The notes: generated by a model from the sequence alone, not told the origin. A stretch of DNA of 64,000 bases from an uncultured delta proteobacterium (GCA_963761335.1 CAVXGR010000018.1:896001-960000); one strand, 5' to 3'. Counted from the stretch's first letter, positions 46,182 to 55,343 are shown. A program made the numbers and translations.

Positions 46182-48014
46182 ATGCGCGTCCAGCGGGTCA
46201 TAACCAACGAGACCTGTAACCAGAACTGCTGGTTCTGCAATGCGCGGCGGCCCGTCGAGCAGGCGGATTTCGTCGCCCGGCCGGCGGTGCGCTTGCGCAT
46301 CGCCGAGGCGCGCGCCGGAGGCCCGCGCCAGATCGTGCTCACCGGCGGCGAGCCGACTCTGCGCAGCGATCTCGCCGATCTGGTGCGCCGCGCCGGCAGG
46401 GGCGGAGCGCGCGTCGTTCTCGAAACCAACGGCGCCCTCGTCGGCGAGGAGCGTGCCCGGGAGCTGGCCGCCGCCGGCCTGCACACGGCCCGCGTGCAGC
46501 TGGTCGCCTGGGGCGAGGAAGCGGCCGATGGCATCACCCGCGACCCCGGCGGCTTTGCGGCCGCCGTTCGCGGTATCCGCGCCTTTGCCGCCGCGGATGT
46601 GACTGTCGAGGTCACGGCGCCGGTGGTGCGGCGGAACCTGGAGCTCATCCCGGCTCTTCCGCGCGAGATCGGAGCCGCGAAGCTGCCGGTGGCGGCGCTC
46701 ATCCTGGTGATCCCGACCGCCAGCCCTGGCGACGGCGAGTGCGCCTCGCTCGAGGAGATCGGCCGGGCCGTCGTCGGCGTCGCCGATGCGGCCCGGCGCA
46801 CCGGACTGGCGGTTCGACTGGACCCGGCCACCTTCGTTCCGCCCTGTATCTTCGAGAAGCCGGAGCGCGTCGCGCACCTCTTCGCGCTGAACCGCGGCAA
46901 CGCCTCGCGCCCCGAGTTCGTGCACGTGGCTGCCTGCGAGTCGTGCCTGGTCAACGATCGCTGCCCTGGTCTCCCGGAAGCGGCACTGTCGGGGTCCTCT
47001 TCTCCGCCGCTCCATCCGATCGCGGAGCAGCGCCTGCGACGGCGCCTGACGGTGGTATCCACGGTCGAGGAGCAGATGGCGCGCGAGCTGGTCGGGCGCG
47101 ATGAGCTGCGCAGCAGCACGTACGGGCAGGTCGCCGAGTACACCGTGCGAGTGAACTTCCACTGCAACCAATCGTGCGAGTTCTGCTTCGTCTCCACTCA
47201 TCTGCCGCCCCCCGCAGAGACGGCGGTTCGCCAGGCGATCGAGGCCGCCGGTCGCGAGCGCGCCGTGCTGGTGCTCTCCGGGGGGGAGCCGACGCTGAAT
47301 CCGCGGCTGCTCGAGTACGTGCAGCTCGCCAAGCGCCTCGGCGTGCGTGCCGTCGAGCTGCAGACCAATGCCATTCGCCTCGCCGACCGCCAGCTCACCC
47401 GAGATCTGGTCGACGCCGGGCTGGAGCAGGCGATGGTGTCCCTGCACGGCTCGACGGCGGCCATCTCCGACGGCATCACGGGTGCTCCCGGGACATTTGC
47501 CTCTACCGTGCGCGGCATCGACGAGCTGGCTCTGACGGCGGTGCGCCTGCGGCTCAACTTCGTCTTCTGCCAGGCCAATCGCGAGGACTTCCCGCGGATG
47601 GTCGACCTGGTGGCGTCCCGCTGGCCGAATGCGGCGATCGTCTTCTCCTTCGTGGGCTCGCACACGGACGTCGTTCCGCGCACGACCACGCTGATTCCGC
47701 GGTTCACCGAGGTGATGCCGCCGCTGCTCGCCGGGCTCCGGCGCGCCCGAGCCGCCGGCCTCGAAGTCTGCGGCTTCGACTCGATGTGCGGCATGCCGCT
47801 GTGCCTGGTTCCGGAAGCGGAGCGCGCCGGATTTTCCACTCTGGCGGTCTCCGCCGACGGCGGTGGCGGCGAGTTCGTCAAGGCCGACGCCTGTGCGCAA
47901 TGCTCCGAGGGATACCGCTGCTACGGCGTTCGCCGCGGCTATGCGGATCTCTACGGCACCGCCGAGCTACAGCCGCTCTCGGCTGGCGGCGAAGTGGTCG
48001 CACCGGCGCCGTGA
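46182..48014 (+). CDS. Tandem double radical SAM protein
   Basis: CNQNCWFC + LTGGEPTL + CESCLVNDRCPG, then CNQSCEFC + LSGGEPTL + CAQCSEGYRCYG. Confidence 0.9.
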   Translation: MRVQRVITNETCNQNCWFCNARRPVEQADFVARPAVRLRIAEARAGGPRQIVLTGGEPTLRSDLADLVRRAGRGGARVVLETNGALVGEERARELAAAGLHTARVQLVAWGEEAADGITRDPGGFAAAVRGIRAFAAADVTVEVTAPVVRRNLELIPALPREIGAAKLPVAALILVIPTASPGDGECASLEEIGRAVVGVADAARRTGLAVRLDPATFVPPCIFEKPERVAHLFALNRGNASRPEFVHVAACESCLVNDRCPGLPEAALSGSSSPPLHPIAEQRLRRRLTVVSTVEEQMARELVGRDELRSSTYGQVAEYTVRVNFHCNQSCEFCFVSTHLPPPAETAVRQAIEAAGRERAVLVLSGGEPTLNPRLLEYVQLAKRLGVRAVELQTNAIRLADRQLTRDLVDAGLEQAMVSLHGSTAAISDGITGAPGTFASTVRGIDELALTAVRLRLNFVFCQANREDFPRMVDLVASRWPNAAIVFSFVGSHTDVVPRTTTLIPRFTEVMPPLLAGLRRARAAGLEVCGFDSMCGMPLCLVPEAERAGFSTLAVSADGGGGEFVKADACAQCSEGYRCYGVRRGYADLYGTAELQPLSAGGEVVAPAP

Positions 48015-49846
48015 GAGAGAGCCGAGGGGCAACGCCCTGGCGGATCGCTCCGATTTTCCTGGCGCTCGCAGTCACGCTGTGCGGCTTCGTCTGGCTGAAC
48101 CGGATCAATCCGGCGTTTCGGGTGACTGACGATGCCGTCCGCGATCAGCTCCTGGCACGGGACTGCACCGATCTCGGTGACTGCCATCTGATCGGAGCGA
48201 CGGCGTCGGTCCCGGGGTTCCACCAGGGGGCGGTGTGGCTCGACCTGCTGATCGGCGTCCGACTTCTCGGGGGCAGCACGTCGACGGAGAGGATGCTGGT
48301 GTTGTCGCTGCTCGCCCTGAGCGCCGGGACGGTCTTCGTGGTGGTGTGGCATTGGCTCCGCCCCGCGATGGCGCTTCCGGCCGCCGCTCTGTACACGGCA
48401 GCGCTGAGCCTCGATCCCTATCCCAGTCTGCTGATCAACCCCAGTGCCGCCGCCTTTCCCGATGTTCTGGCAGCGGGCGGTCTGCTCTGTTACGGCCTCT
48501 GCGGGCGCCGCCGATTTCTCGTTGCCGCGGCCTTCGCCGTGGGTGTCGGTATCAACACGCATATCGGCTCGCTCAGCCTGGTGCCGCCGCTCCTGGCGAT
48601 TGCGGCCCTCGGAGGTCGGCGGCCGTGGCTCGACGTCGTCGTCTCGGCTGCCGTGCTGGCGGCCACGTGTTTGTTCACCTCGCGGGCAGCGCTGCTCGCC
48701 AACATTCAGGGTCTGGCGAGATTCGGGCACATGATGCCGGCGCTGGCTGCGGGCCTGGCCTTCGTGCTCCTGGCTTCACTCTTCGGACGTGGCTTCCGGC
48801 GCCTCTCTCCGCTGCCGTCGGCAGCGGTGATCGGCGTCGTGCTGTCTCTGCCCTTTGCTCTCGCCGCTGCGTGGCTGGTGCTCTGGCAGAGACACCAGTT
48901 CGGCATCACCTATCTGCATCCGGTTCTGGCTCCGGCCTCGGTGCTCGCCGCCGCCGTGGTGCTTTTTCCTTTCGAGCTCGGAGCGGCCTGGTACGCGCCA
49001 CTGCGATGGATCCCGAGCGCCGCCGTCCTGGTAGGGGCGGCGTTCGTGGGGGTTTCGGCGGCAAGCCCGGGGGCGTCGCCGCCGCTGGCAACCTGGACGG
49101 TGGCCGATGCCAAGGCGATCGCCGGCGAGGCGGCGAAACGCGGCTGGAGCTACGAGGACCTGACCTTCCATCTGCAGAGCGCCGACTGCCGCGAGCTGCT
49201 GGTGGTGATGTCCATCGAAGCTCCGCCACCGGAGGCGCGAGATACGGATCACGGCCGGCGGCAGCTCCAGGTCGTCGCCGTGCGGAGGCGCGACGCCAGT
49301 GCCTTTGCCGGTGCCGGGAACGTCGTATCGCTGGACGGAGGAAAGGTGGCGGTGGTGCGCGAGATCGAGTCCTGGCTGCAGCCGCAGTCGCTGCGGGCCT
49401 GTCGCCGGCCGCTCGCTTCCGGGGGATCTCCCGTTTGCATCGACGCCAAGCCGCGCCGCCGGGATCTCGGTGTCCCGGGGCAATTTCTGTTCGCGGCGCG
49501 ATCGTTCCCGGAGATCCAGGAGCTCGACTTGCCGCCGCCGTATGTCGCCAGCTACCAGATCCCGCTTGCGCCCGGCGCTGGCGAGAGCCGCCGATTCCTC
49601 ATAGCCGATCACGCCCCGCCGGGATGCCCGGGGTGGCGCATCACGCGCGCCGACGGGGTTGGCGCGGAGAGCCCACTCCCGGCCGATCAGGTGCGCTTGC
49701 ACGCGGCGAGCGGCGGCGCCGGAGTGCTGGTCATCGAGAGGCCCTTTGACGCGGGGCGCTGCGAGGCGGTGGACAGGCGGTATCCCCCGTGTGTTCTGGA
49801 GATGTCGCCCGACGATCCGCTGTGGCGGATTGCGGAGGCGGGCTGA
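48011..49846 (+). CDS. Polytopic membrane protein, GT-C (PMT/ArnT)-like, with C-terminal extracytoplasmic domain
   Basis: GTGA overlap with the double rSAM gene; first TM followed by acidic loop DDAVRD, about 11 TM helices, Cys-containing soluble tail. Confidence 0.6.
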   Translation: MRESRGATPWRIAPIFLALAVTLCGFVWLNRINPAFRVTDDAVRDQLLARDCTDLGDCHLIGATASVPGFHQGAVWLDLLIGVRLLGGSTSTERMLVLSLLALSAGTVFVVVWHWLRPAMALPAAALYTAALSLDPYPSLLINPSAAAFPDVLAAGGLLCYGLCGRRRFLVAAAFAVGVGINTHIGSLSLVPPLLAIAALGGRRPWLDVVVSAAVLAATCLFTSRAALLANIQGLARFGHMMPALAAGLAFVLLASLFGRGFRRLSPLPSAAVIGVVLSLPFALAAAWLVLWQRHQFGITYLHPVLAPASVLAAAVVLFPFELGAAWYAPLRWIPSAAVLVGAAFVGVSAASPGASPPLATWTVADAKAIAGEAAKRGWSYEDLTFHLQSADCRELLVVMSIEAPPPEARDTDHGRRQLQVVAVRRRDASAFAGAGNVVSLDGGKVAVVREIESWLQPQSLRACRRPLASGGSPVCIDAKPRRRDLGVPGQFLFAARSFPEIQELDLPPPYVASYQIPLAPGAGESRRFLIADHAPPGCPGWRITRADGVGAESPLPADQVRLHAASGGAGVLVIERPFDAGRCEAVDRRYPPCVLEMSPDDPLWRIAEAG

Positions 49847-50451
49847 TGCGACGCCTTTTCGCCCTGGGCGCCGGCGCCGTCGTTGCCGCGATTCTCTCTG
49901 GAGTGATGCCGGCATCCGCGGGGGACGTGATGCTCACCCGATACAGCGAGGTGGGCTTCTTGCAGCTCATGCATCTGGCGCAGAACGGTCAGCTCGGGGA
50001 CGACGTCGTCAACGCCAACATCGGAGTGACCAAGGACCACGTGCGCGTCGAGCTGGTGCGCACCGGGGCGCCGTCGAAGGTCTTCCTGCTCTGTCCCAAG
50101 AGCGCGGCGCACGGCAGTAGTCGCTACTTCGACATCGAGCCCGGCGAAGGCGCCGCGGCCAGCGACGTCGAGCGACTCGGAAGAGCTCTGGACCGGGTGT
50201 TCGCGGAGAACCCTTTCCAGCTGGCGCCCGACTTCTTCAACGGCTCGCCGCACGGCGAAGGCATGCCCGGATTTGCGGACGTCTGGCGAGCGGCGGGCTG
50301 GAGAGGGGTAGGGCGCCTACTCGAACGCCGCATGGTTTCGCTCGCGAGCCTGCGATACACGATCGCGGTCATCGGGGGTCTGCTCATGAGTGTCCTGGCG
50401 AGCTTGTCGCTGCTGTGGGGTTCCGCGCCTCCTGCACATCTGCGGGGCTGA
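49846..50451 (+). CDS. Exported protein with C-terminal membrane anchor
   Basis: TGATG coupling; signal peptide MRRLFALGAGAVVAAILSGVMPASA-G; C-terminal TM IAVIGGLLMSVLASLSLLW. Confidence 0.7.
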   Translation: MRRLFALGAGAVVAAILSGVMPASAGDVMLTRYSEVGFLQLMHLAQNGQLGDDVVNANIGVTKDHVRVELVRTGAPSKVFLLCPKSAAHGSSRYFDIEPGEGAAASDVERLGRALDRVFAENPFQLAPDFFNGSPHGEGMPGFADVWRAAGWRGVGRLLERRMVSLASLRYTIAVIGGLLMSVLASLSLLWGSAPPAHLRG

Positions 50452-50454
50452 CCG

Positions 50455-52446
50455 ATGCAGCGCCAGCCGGCAGCCGCAACGCTTCTTCTCGTGCTCCTCC
50501 TTTTGCCGGCCGCCGCCGGCGCCGCGGCGCCGGTGAGTGACGGCGCCGCGATCACGCCGGTGTTTGCCAGGGCGCTCTACGAGCGCCTGGCGAACCTGAA
50601 GGAGGCCGACGGCTGCCGCCTGTCGCGCTTCGACACCAGCCGCTTCCGGATCAGCATCGGCGTGCGGGTACCGGGAGGCGTCGAGCGCACGATGGATGTA
50701 GCGGCGGCGGCATCCGGGGATGCCGGCCTCAGGGTAGGCGGCTGGACCGTCGGCGTGTCCGACGGGTTGCAGCGCGATTGTGGAGCGACGCTGGCCGCGA
50801 TGGAGCGTGTGCTCGCGGAAACCAAGGCGCCGAGCGCGGGGATCGCCGGCGCGGTCATGCGAGTGATCCTTGCCGAGGTGCGTTTCAACCTCGTGGTGCT
50901 GGGCGCTTCGTTCGTTCTGCTCCTCATCGGAACCCTGCAGGTTCTCTATCGCGAGGTGAAGCGCCGCCGCCCATCGCCGTGGGCGGTGCTGGCGCTCTTC
51001 GCGATCTGGGCGGCGGCGCTCGGCCTGCGACTCGGGCTCTCGCCACGCACCTTCTTGCACGAGTACTACCACATCGCCGAGACGCTCTCCGCATATCTGA
51101 CGCACGATCGCCCGCTGCTCTACGGGGACACGGGGCCGGCGCTGTTTGGCCTGGTTGCTCACGTGCTCGGGCGCCGCGCCGGCGTCGAGGTGATCTTCCT
51201 GACCAATGCCGTGCTTGCCTCTCTGGCCGTTCCGGCGGTGGCGCTGCTGGATCTGGGCGTCATGGGTCGCTGGTCGCGGGCCCTGTGCGCGGCGTTGCTG
51301 CTGTGCGTGCTGCCCGAGCACCTGCGGTTCTCCGCCGCCGAGGACCTGTTCGTGCAGGCGCTCACTTTCGGCCTGTGGGCGCTGGCGCTCTTCGTCCTCT
51401 ACCTGCGCGAGCGCCGTCTCGACGATGTGCTTCTCTGCGCCCTGGCGCTGTCGCTGGCCATGCAGGCGCGTCCGGAGATGCTGTTCTTCCCGGCGGCTCT
51501 CGTCGCCCTGGTGCTCCTGGCGGAGCCGCGCTCATGGCGGGTTCTGTTCGCCTGGCGCACCCTCCTGGCGTTGCTGGTCCTCGCGGTGCTGCTGATACCT
51601 CGCGCGGTCGAGCTGCAGAAGACGCTTCACGATGTGCAATCGGCGTCACCGGTGCTTCCGGCCGCCGCGCGCTACCTGGGCGAGCTGGTTTTCTTCCAGG
51701 CGCAGGTGACGCCGCCGGTGTACTGGGTTCTCTGCCTTCTGGGGCTCGCGTGGGGTGTTCGCCACAAGCTGGGCTATCACCTCTGGGCGCTGCTGCTCTT
51801 CGGGGGCTACACGCTGTTCTCTCTGTCGCTCTTCGACAACCCGACCTACAACGTTCGCTCTCAGCTTCTGCCGACGAGCTTTCTGGTGCTGATTGCCGCG
51901 GGGGCCGCGCCGCTGTGGATGGCGGCATGGGGGCGGCGGCGAAGCTGGGCGTGGGCCACGGGCGCCGGGCTGCTCGCGGCCGTGGCCGTGCTGGTGGTAC
52001 TCCGCGGGAAGTCCCTCATCACCGAGCTCCGCGATCAGCAGCTCGAGTGGGCCTTCCTCGAGCGGACCGTTCCACTTCTGCCGGAGCAGGGAACGCTGCT
52101 CTCGGCGACGGAGAACGGACCGCGAGAGCTGGACGCCTTTCCGCAGTTTCTGCTGCAGCGTGCGGGGAAGGAGTACGACCTGTTCGACGTCCGACGTGTC
52201 GCTGCGGGGGAGGCGCCGTGGCCGGTGCCGGGCGACGACCTGCTCTATTACCAGGGGATGTTCTGCTACTTCACGTTCGGTGACCAGCCGCCGCCGGCGT
52301 CTCTCACACCTCCGTGCGAGGCGGTGCACGAGCACTACCTCGCCCAGCCCCTGTTCACCGCAGAGCTCGACACCGAGGGCTACTCGTGGCTGCAGTACGC
52401 CCCCGGGCCGTTCCGCATCGGCTTCTTCCGCCTGCAGGCGCGGTGA
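50455..52446 (+). CDS. Polytopic membrane protein, GT-C (glycosyltransferase family 39/83)-like, with N-terminal exported domain
   Basis: Signal peptide, soluble domain, then more than 10 TMs with LPEHLRFSAAED, ARPE and VRSQLLP loops. Confidence 0.65.
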   Translation: MQRQPAAATLLLVLLLLPAAAGAAAPVSDGAAITPVFARALYERLANLKEADGCRLSRFDTSRFRISIGVRVPGGVERTMDVAAAASGDAGLRVGGWTVGVSDGLQRDCGATLAAMERVLAETKAPSAGIAGAVMRVILAEVRFNLVVLGASFVLLLIGTLQVLYREVKRRRPSPWAVLALFAIWAAALGLRLGLSPRTFLHEYYHIAETLSAYLTHDRPLLYGDTGPALFGLVAHVLGRRAGVEVIFLTNAVLASLAVPAVALLDLGVMGRWSRALCAALLLCVLPEHLRFSAAEDLFVQALTFGLWALALFVLYLRERRLDDVLLCALALSLAMQARPEMLFFPAALVALVLLAEPRSWRVLFAWRTLLALLVLAVLLIPRAVELQKTLHDVQSASPVLPAAARYLGELVFFQAQVTPPVYWVLCLLGLAWGVRHKLGYHLWALLLFGGYTLFSLSLFDNPTYNVRSQLLPTSFLVLIAAGAAPLWMAAWGRRRSWAWATGAGLLAAVAVLVVLRGKSLITELRDQQLEWAFLERTVPLLPEQGTLLSATENGPRELDAFPQFLLQRAGKEYDLFDVRRVAAGEAPWPVPGDDLLYYQGMFCYFTFGDQPPPASLTPPCEAVHEHYLAQPLFTAELDTEGYSWLQYAPGPFRIGFFRLQAR

Positions 52447-52456
52447 GAAATGCGGG

Positions 52457-54175
52457 TCAGTGTGCGGCGGCCGAGGCGGCGTTGGCGGGTGACGCCGCCG
52501 CTTGGGGAGTGCGCAGCAGGTCGACGAGGTGATCGATGGCCACCTTGGCGGCGCCATTGTCGCTCGCCTCTGCCAGGCGAAAGTCGACGCCGACCTGCGA
52601 GCGATTGCCGCGCGCGCTCAGCGTGAAGCGCAGGTCGAAGCCCGCACCTGCGGGTCCCCGCGCGGTCACCTCTGCGGTGGTTTCGTCCGGCCAGCGGAGC
52701 GCTTCGAGGTGCCAGCCGGTCACGGAGAAGCGGTTCTGCAGCCGGCGCGCCAGCGCTGCCACACGCTGGCGGCCGCGCTGCATCACCGAGCCCCGCAGTG
52801 CCCGCTCGACGGCGTCCGCCGCCAGCTTCGGCTCGAGCCCGCCATCGACACCGCGTGCCAGACAAGCGCGCAACCACTCGAGCAGCCCGACCACCGACTC
52901 GATGGGTGTGCCGAGATTGGCCTCGACGTCGAGGTCATAGGCATCGGCGGAAATGACCGGTGCGTCTCCGCTTCCCGGGGCGACGAAACGAAGGCGCGCC
53001 AGCGAGCCGTCCTCATGAGCGAGAGCGATCTCCACGCGGCGTTGACGGTCCTCGGTGATCTCCTGCTGCACATGCCAGCCGGACGGCAGCGCGGCGCTTG
53101 CCAGCGCCGTGCGCAGCGGCTCGAGCAGCGGCTCGATCAGGATGACGAAGCTGCGTCGCTGCGGATCGAGGGCGGCGAGCTCATCCCGGCTGAGGGGACG
53201 GAACTCGTCCCCGCCGTGCAGCTCGAGGTAGACGCGAAAGATTCCGGTGCAGCGCGAGCGGAAGACGCAGTCGGCGCACCCGGGCAGATAGGTGCGCAGC
53301 GACGCCTGCCACTCGTACTTGTTCATTTCGTCCTCGAGCCCGTCTCCGTCCGAAGACTTGGTGACCGTCTCCTGCCCGCCGTGGTGAATGCGCGACGCCC
53401 ATTGCGGCAGGATGCAATACGGCAGGTTGCCGATGTTCACGTCGAAGTCGGGGTTCCAGCGCTCGAAGCCGGCGAGCATCTCGTCGTAGTAGGGCGCCAT
53501 ATCCGAGTAGCGCGGCATGATCTCGCGCAGGTAGGCTTCGTCGCGCTCCCCGGTGCTCTCCGGCCGCACGATGTCGACGTGCAGTTGGCGAACGCCGTAA
53601 TGCGCCAGCAGCTGGGGATAGTGCGGCAGGGAACGATAGCTGCGCTCGTTGAGGCACATGTTGGTGGTGACCAGCTGGCCGCGGCTCTGCAGCTCGCCCA
53701 GCCCGTGCAGAATACGCCGGAAGGAATCGGCGCGGCCGGTGGTGGCCACGTGCGCCTCGTCGGTGGCGCCCTGGATCGAGATGCGCCATTCGAAGTTGCC
53801 CAGGGCGGTCACCGAGTCGATGAAGCCCGGGTGCGGAAACATGACTCCGTTGGTGAAGATGACGATGTGCTCGAAGCCGAGATCGACGGCCTTGGCCAGA
53901 GCTTCGAGGAAGCGCTTGTGGATCGTCGGCTCGCCGCCGAGGAAGGTGAGGTGCGTGGCGCCGGCGGCGCGCGCCTCTTCGAGGGCCTCGACGATCGGCT
54001 CGAGGGGCACCGGGCGGGCGATCTTCATCGCCGTGAGCTGGCCGCTCGAGCAGAAGACGCAGCGGTTGTTGCACAGGTGGCCGAGCTGGATCTCGAACCT
54101 GTGCCCGGAGCCGGAGGTGGTGACGCCGGTCGCCGCCCGCCGATCCTCTTCGCTGATTTTCGAGTGGACGGCCAT
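52457..54175 (-). CDS. Radical SAM protein (HxsC-like) with C-terminal extension
   Basis: CNNRCVFC, LGGEPTIH, ISIQG, NLPYC, CADCVFRSRCTG; start MAVHS at 54175. Confidence 0.9.
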   Translation of the reverse strand: MAVHSKISEEDRRAATGVTTSGSGHRFEIQLGHLCNNRCVFCSSGQLTAMKIARPVPLEPIVEALEEARAAGATHLTFLGGEPTIHKRFLEALAKAVDLGFEHIVIFTNGVMFPHPGFIDSVTALGNFEWRISIQGATDEAHVATTGRADSFRRILHGLGELQSRGQLVTTNMCLNERSYRSLPHYPQLLAHYGVRQLHVDIVRPESTGERDEAYLREIMPRYSDMAPYYDEMLAGFERWNPDFDVNIGNLPYCILPQWASRIHHGGQETVTKSSDGDGLEDEMNKYEWQASLRTYLPGCADCVFRSRCTGIFRVYLELHGGDEFRPLSRDELAALDPQRRSFVILIEPLLEPLRTALASAALPSGWHVQQEITEDRQRRVEIALAHEDGSLARLRFVAPGSGDAPVISADAYDLDVEANLGTPIESVVGLLEWLRACLARGVDGGLEPKLAADAVERALRGSVMQRGRQRVAALARRLQNRFSVTGWHLEALRWPDETTAEVTARGPAGAGFDLRFTLSARGNRSQVGVDFRLAEASDNGAAKVAIDHLVDLLRTPQAAASPANAASAAAH

Positions 54176-54186
54176 TCGCCTCGAGA

Positions 54187-54216
54187 ATCGTGGACCATAG
54201 CGGCCCAGTATGTCAA
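54187..54216 (-). promoter_or_regulatory. Putative sigma70 promoter of the convergent radical SAM gene
   Basis: Minus strand TTGACA-18 bp-CACGAT, 11 nt before ATG 54175. Confidence 0.55.
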
Positions 54217-54281
54217 GGCGTTTGCAGCCTGCCGGCTCGCATTGACGCCGTCGGCGCGCCGGTGATAGCGGCCGATCCGGC

Positions 54282-55238
54282 ATGGTGACACGCATCCGCC
54301 TCGGCAGCAGCCCGATCGAGGTGATCCCTCTCGGGGTCGGCTGCTGGGCCTGGGGGGACCAGGGCTACTGGCGCTACGGGGAGGACCACGGGCCGCGCGA
54401 CGTGGTCGACGCCTTCGACGCGTGTATGCATGCAGGGCTCGACTTCTTCGACACGGCGGAGGCCTACGGCTGGGGAAAGGGGGAGAAGATCCTCGGCTCG
54501 CTGGCGCGCCGCAGCGGGCGGCCGCTGGTGATTGCCACCAAGTACGCGCCGATGGCCGGACGCGGCGGGCCGTTGGCGATTCGCAAGGGCCTCGCCGGCA
54601 GCCTCAGAAGACTCGGCCTGCCGCGCCTCGATCTGTATCAGCTTCACTGGGCCGACCGTGAGGAGACGCCCATCGCGGCGGCGATGGACGTTCTCGCCGA
54701 AGCGGTGCGGGCGGGGCAGATCGGCGCCGTCGGCGTGAGCAACTTCACCGCCGCCGAGACGCGCGAGGCGCACGCCGCCCTGTCGCGGCACGGCGTGCCG
54801 CTGGCCAGCAATCAGGTGCATTATTCCCTGCTGCATCGCGCCCCCGAGGTCGACGGCGTTCTCGATGCCTGCGTCGACCTGGGAGTGACGCTGCTGGCGT
54901 ACAGCCCACTCGAGCAGGGGTTGCTCACCGGCAAGTATGCGCCCGACCTGCTGCCCTCGGGGCCGCGTGCGGAGGCTGCCTGGTTCGCGCCCGACAACGT
55001 CGCCGCCGCTCAGCCGCTGCTTGCCCGCCTGCGCGCCGTCGCCGCGGCGCACGGCGTCGAGCCGCCCGCCGCCGCACTCGCCTGGTTGCTGGCGAGACCG
55101 GGCGTGGTGCCGCTCGCCGGAGCCAAGAACGGCGCCCAGGCGGCGGCCAACGCCAAGGCCCTGGAGATCACTCTGAGCGACGCCGAGTGGACCGATCTCG
55201 ACGCCGCGAGCCGCCCCTGGGTGGTGCGGCTCGAGTAG
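54282..55238 (+). CDS. Aldo/keto reductase
   Basis: LGVGCWAWG, FFDTAEAYG, IATK, DLYQLHW, VGVSNF, NQVHYSLL, AYSPLEQGLLTGKY. Confidence 0.93.
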   Translation: MVTRIRLGSSPIEVIPLGVGCWAWGDQGYWRYGEDHGPRDVVDAFDACMHAGLDFFDTAEAYGWGKGEKILGSLARRSGRPLVIATKYAPMAGRGGPLAIRKGLAGSLRRLGLPRLDLYQLHWADREETPIAAAMDVLAEAVRAGQIGAVGVSNFTAAETREAHAALSRHGVPLASNQVHYSLLHRAPEVDGVLDACVDLGVTLLAYSPLEQGLLTGKYAPDLLPSGPRAEAAWFAPDNVAAAQPLLARLRAVAAAHGVEPPAAALAWLLARPGVVPLAGAKNGAQAAANAKALEITLSDAEWTDLDAASRPWVVRLE

Positions 55239-55343
55239 AAGCGCCGTCCCCTCGCTTTGCGAAGCGGCGAGACGCCGCTTCTCCCCGGCCGGCGGAATCG
55301 TTCGGAATTGCCGATCCCGGCGCGGCTGGAGTATAAGAGCAGC

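Noticed and set aside
47174..48010. N-terminal 279 aa of the 890-aa ORF (and similar extensions of 522..2156, 16931..18580, 30469..32337, 57816..59387, 60277..61992)
   Set aside because: They overlap other real genes and are Arg/Pro-rich noise; starts were reassigned downstream
40729..54281. Canonical His-Xaa-Ser precursor (HxsA) or SCIFF-type peptide
   Set aside because: Intergenic gaps are short and no HxSHxS or Cys-rich small ORF is visible; a precursor encoded elsewhere cannot be excluded
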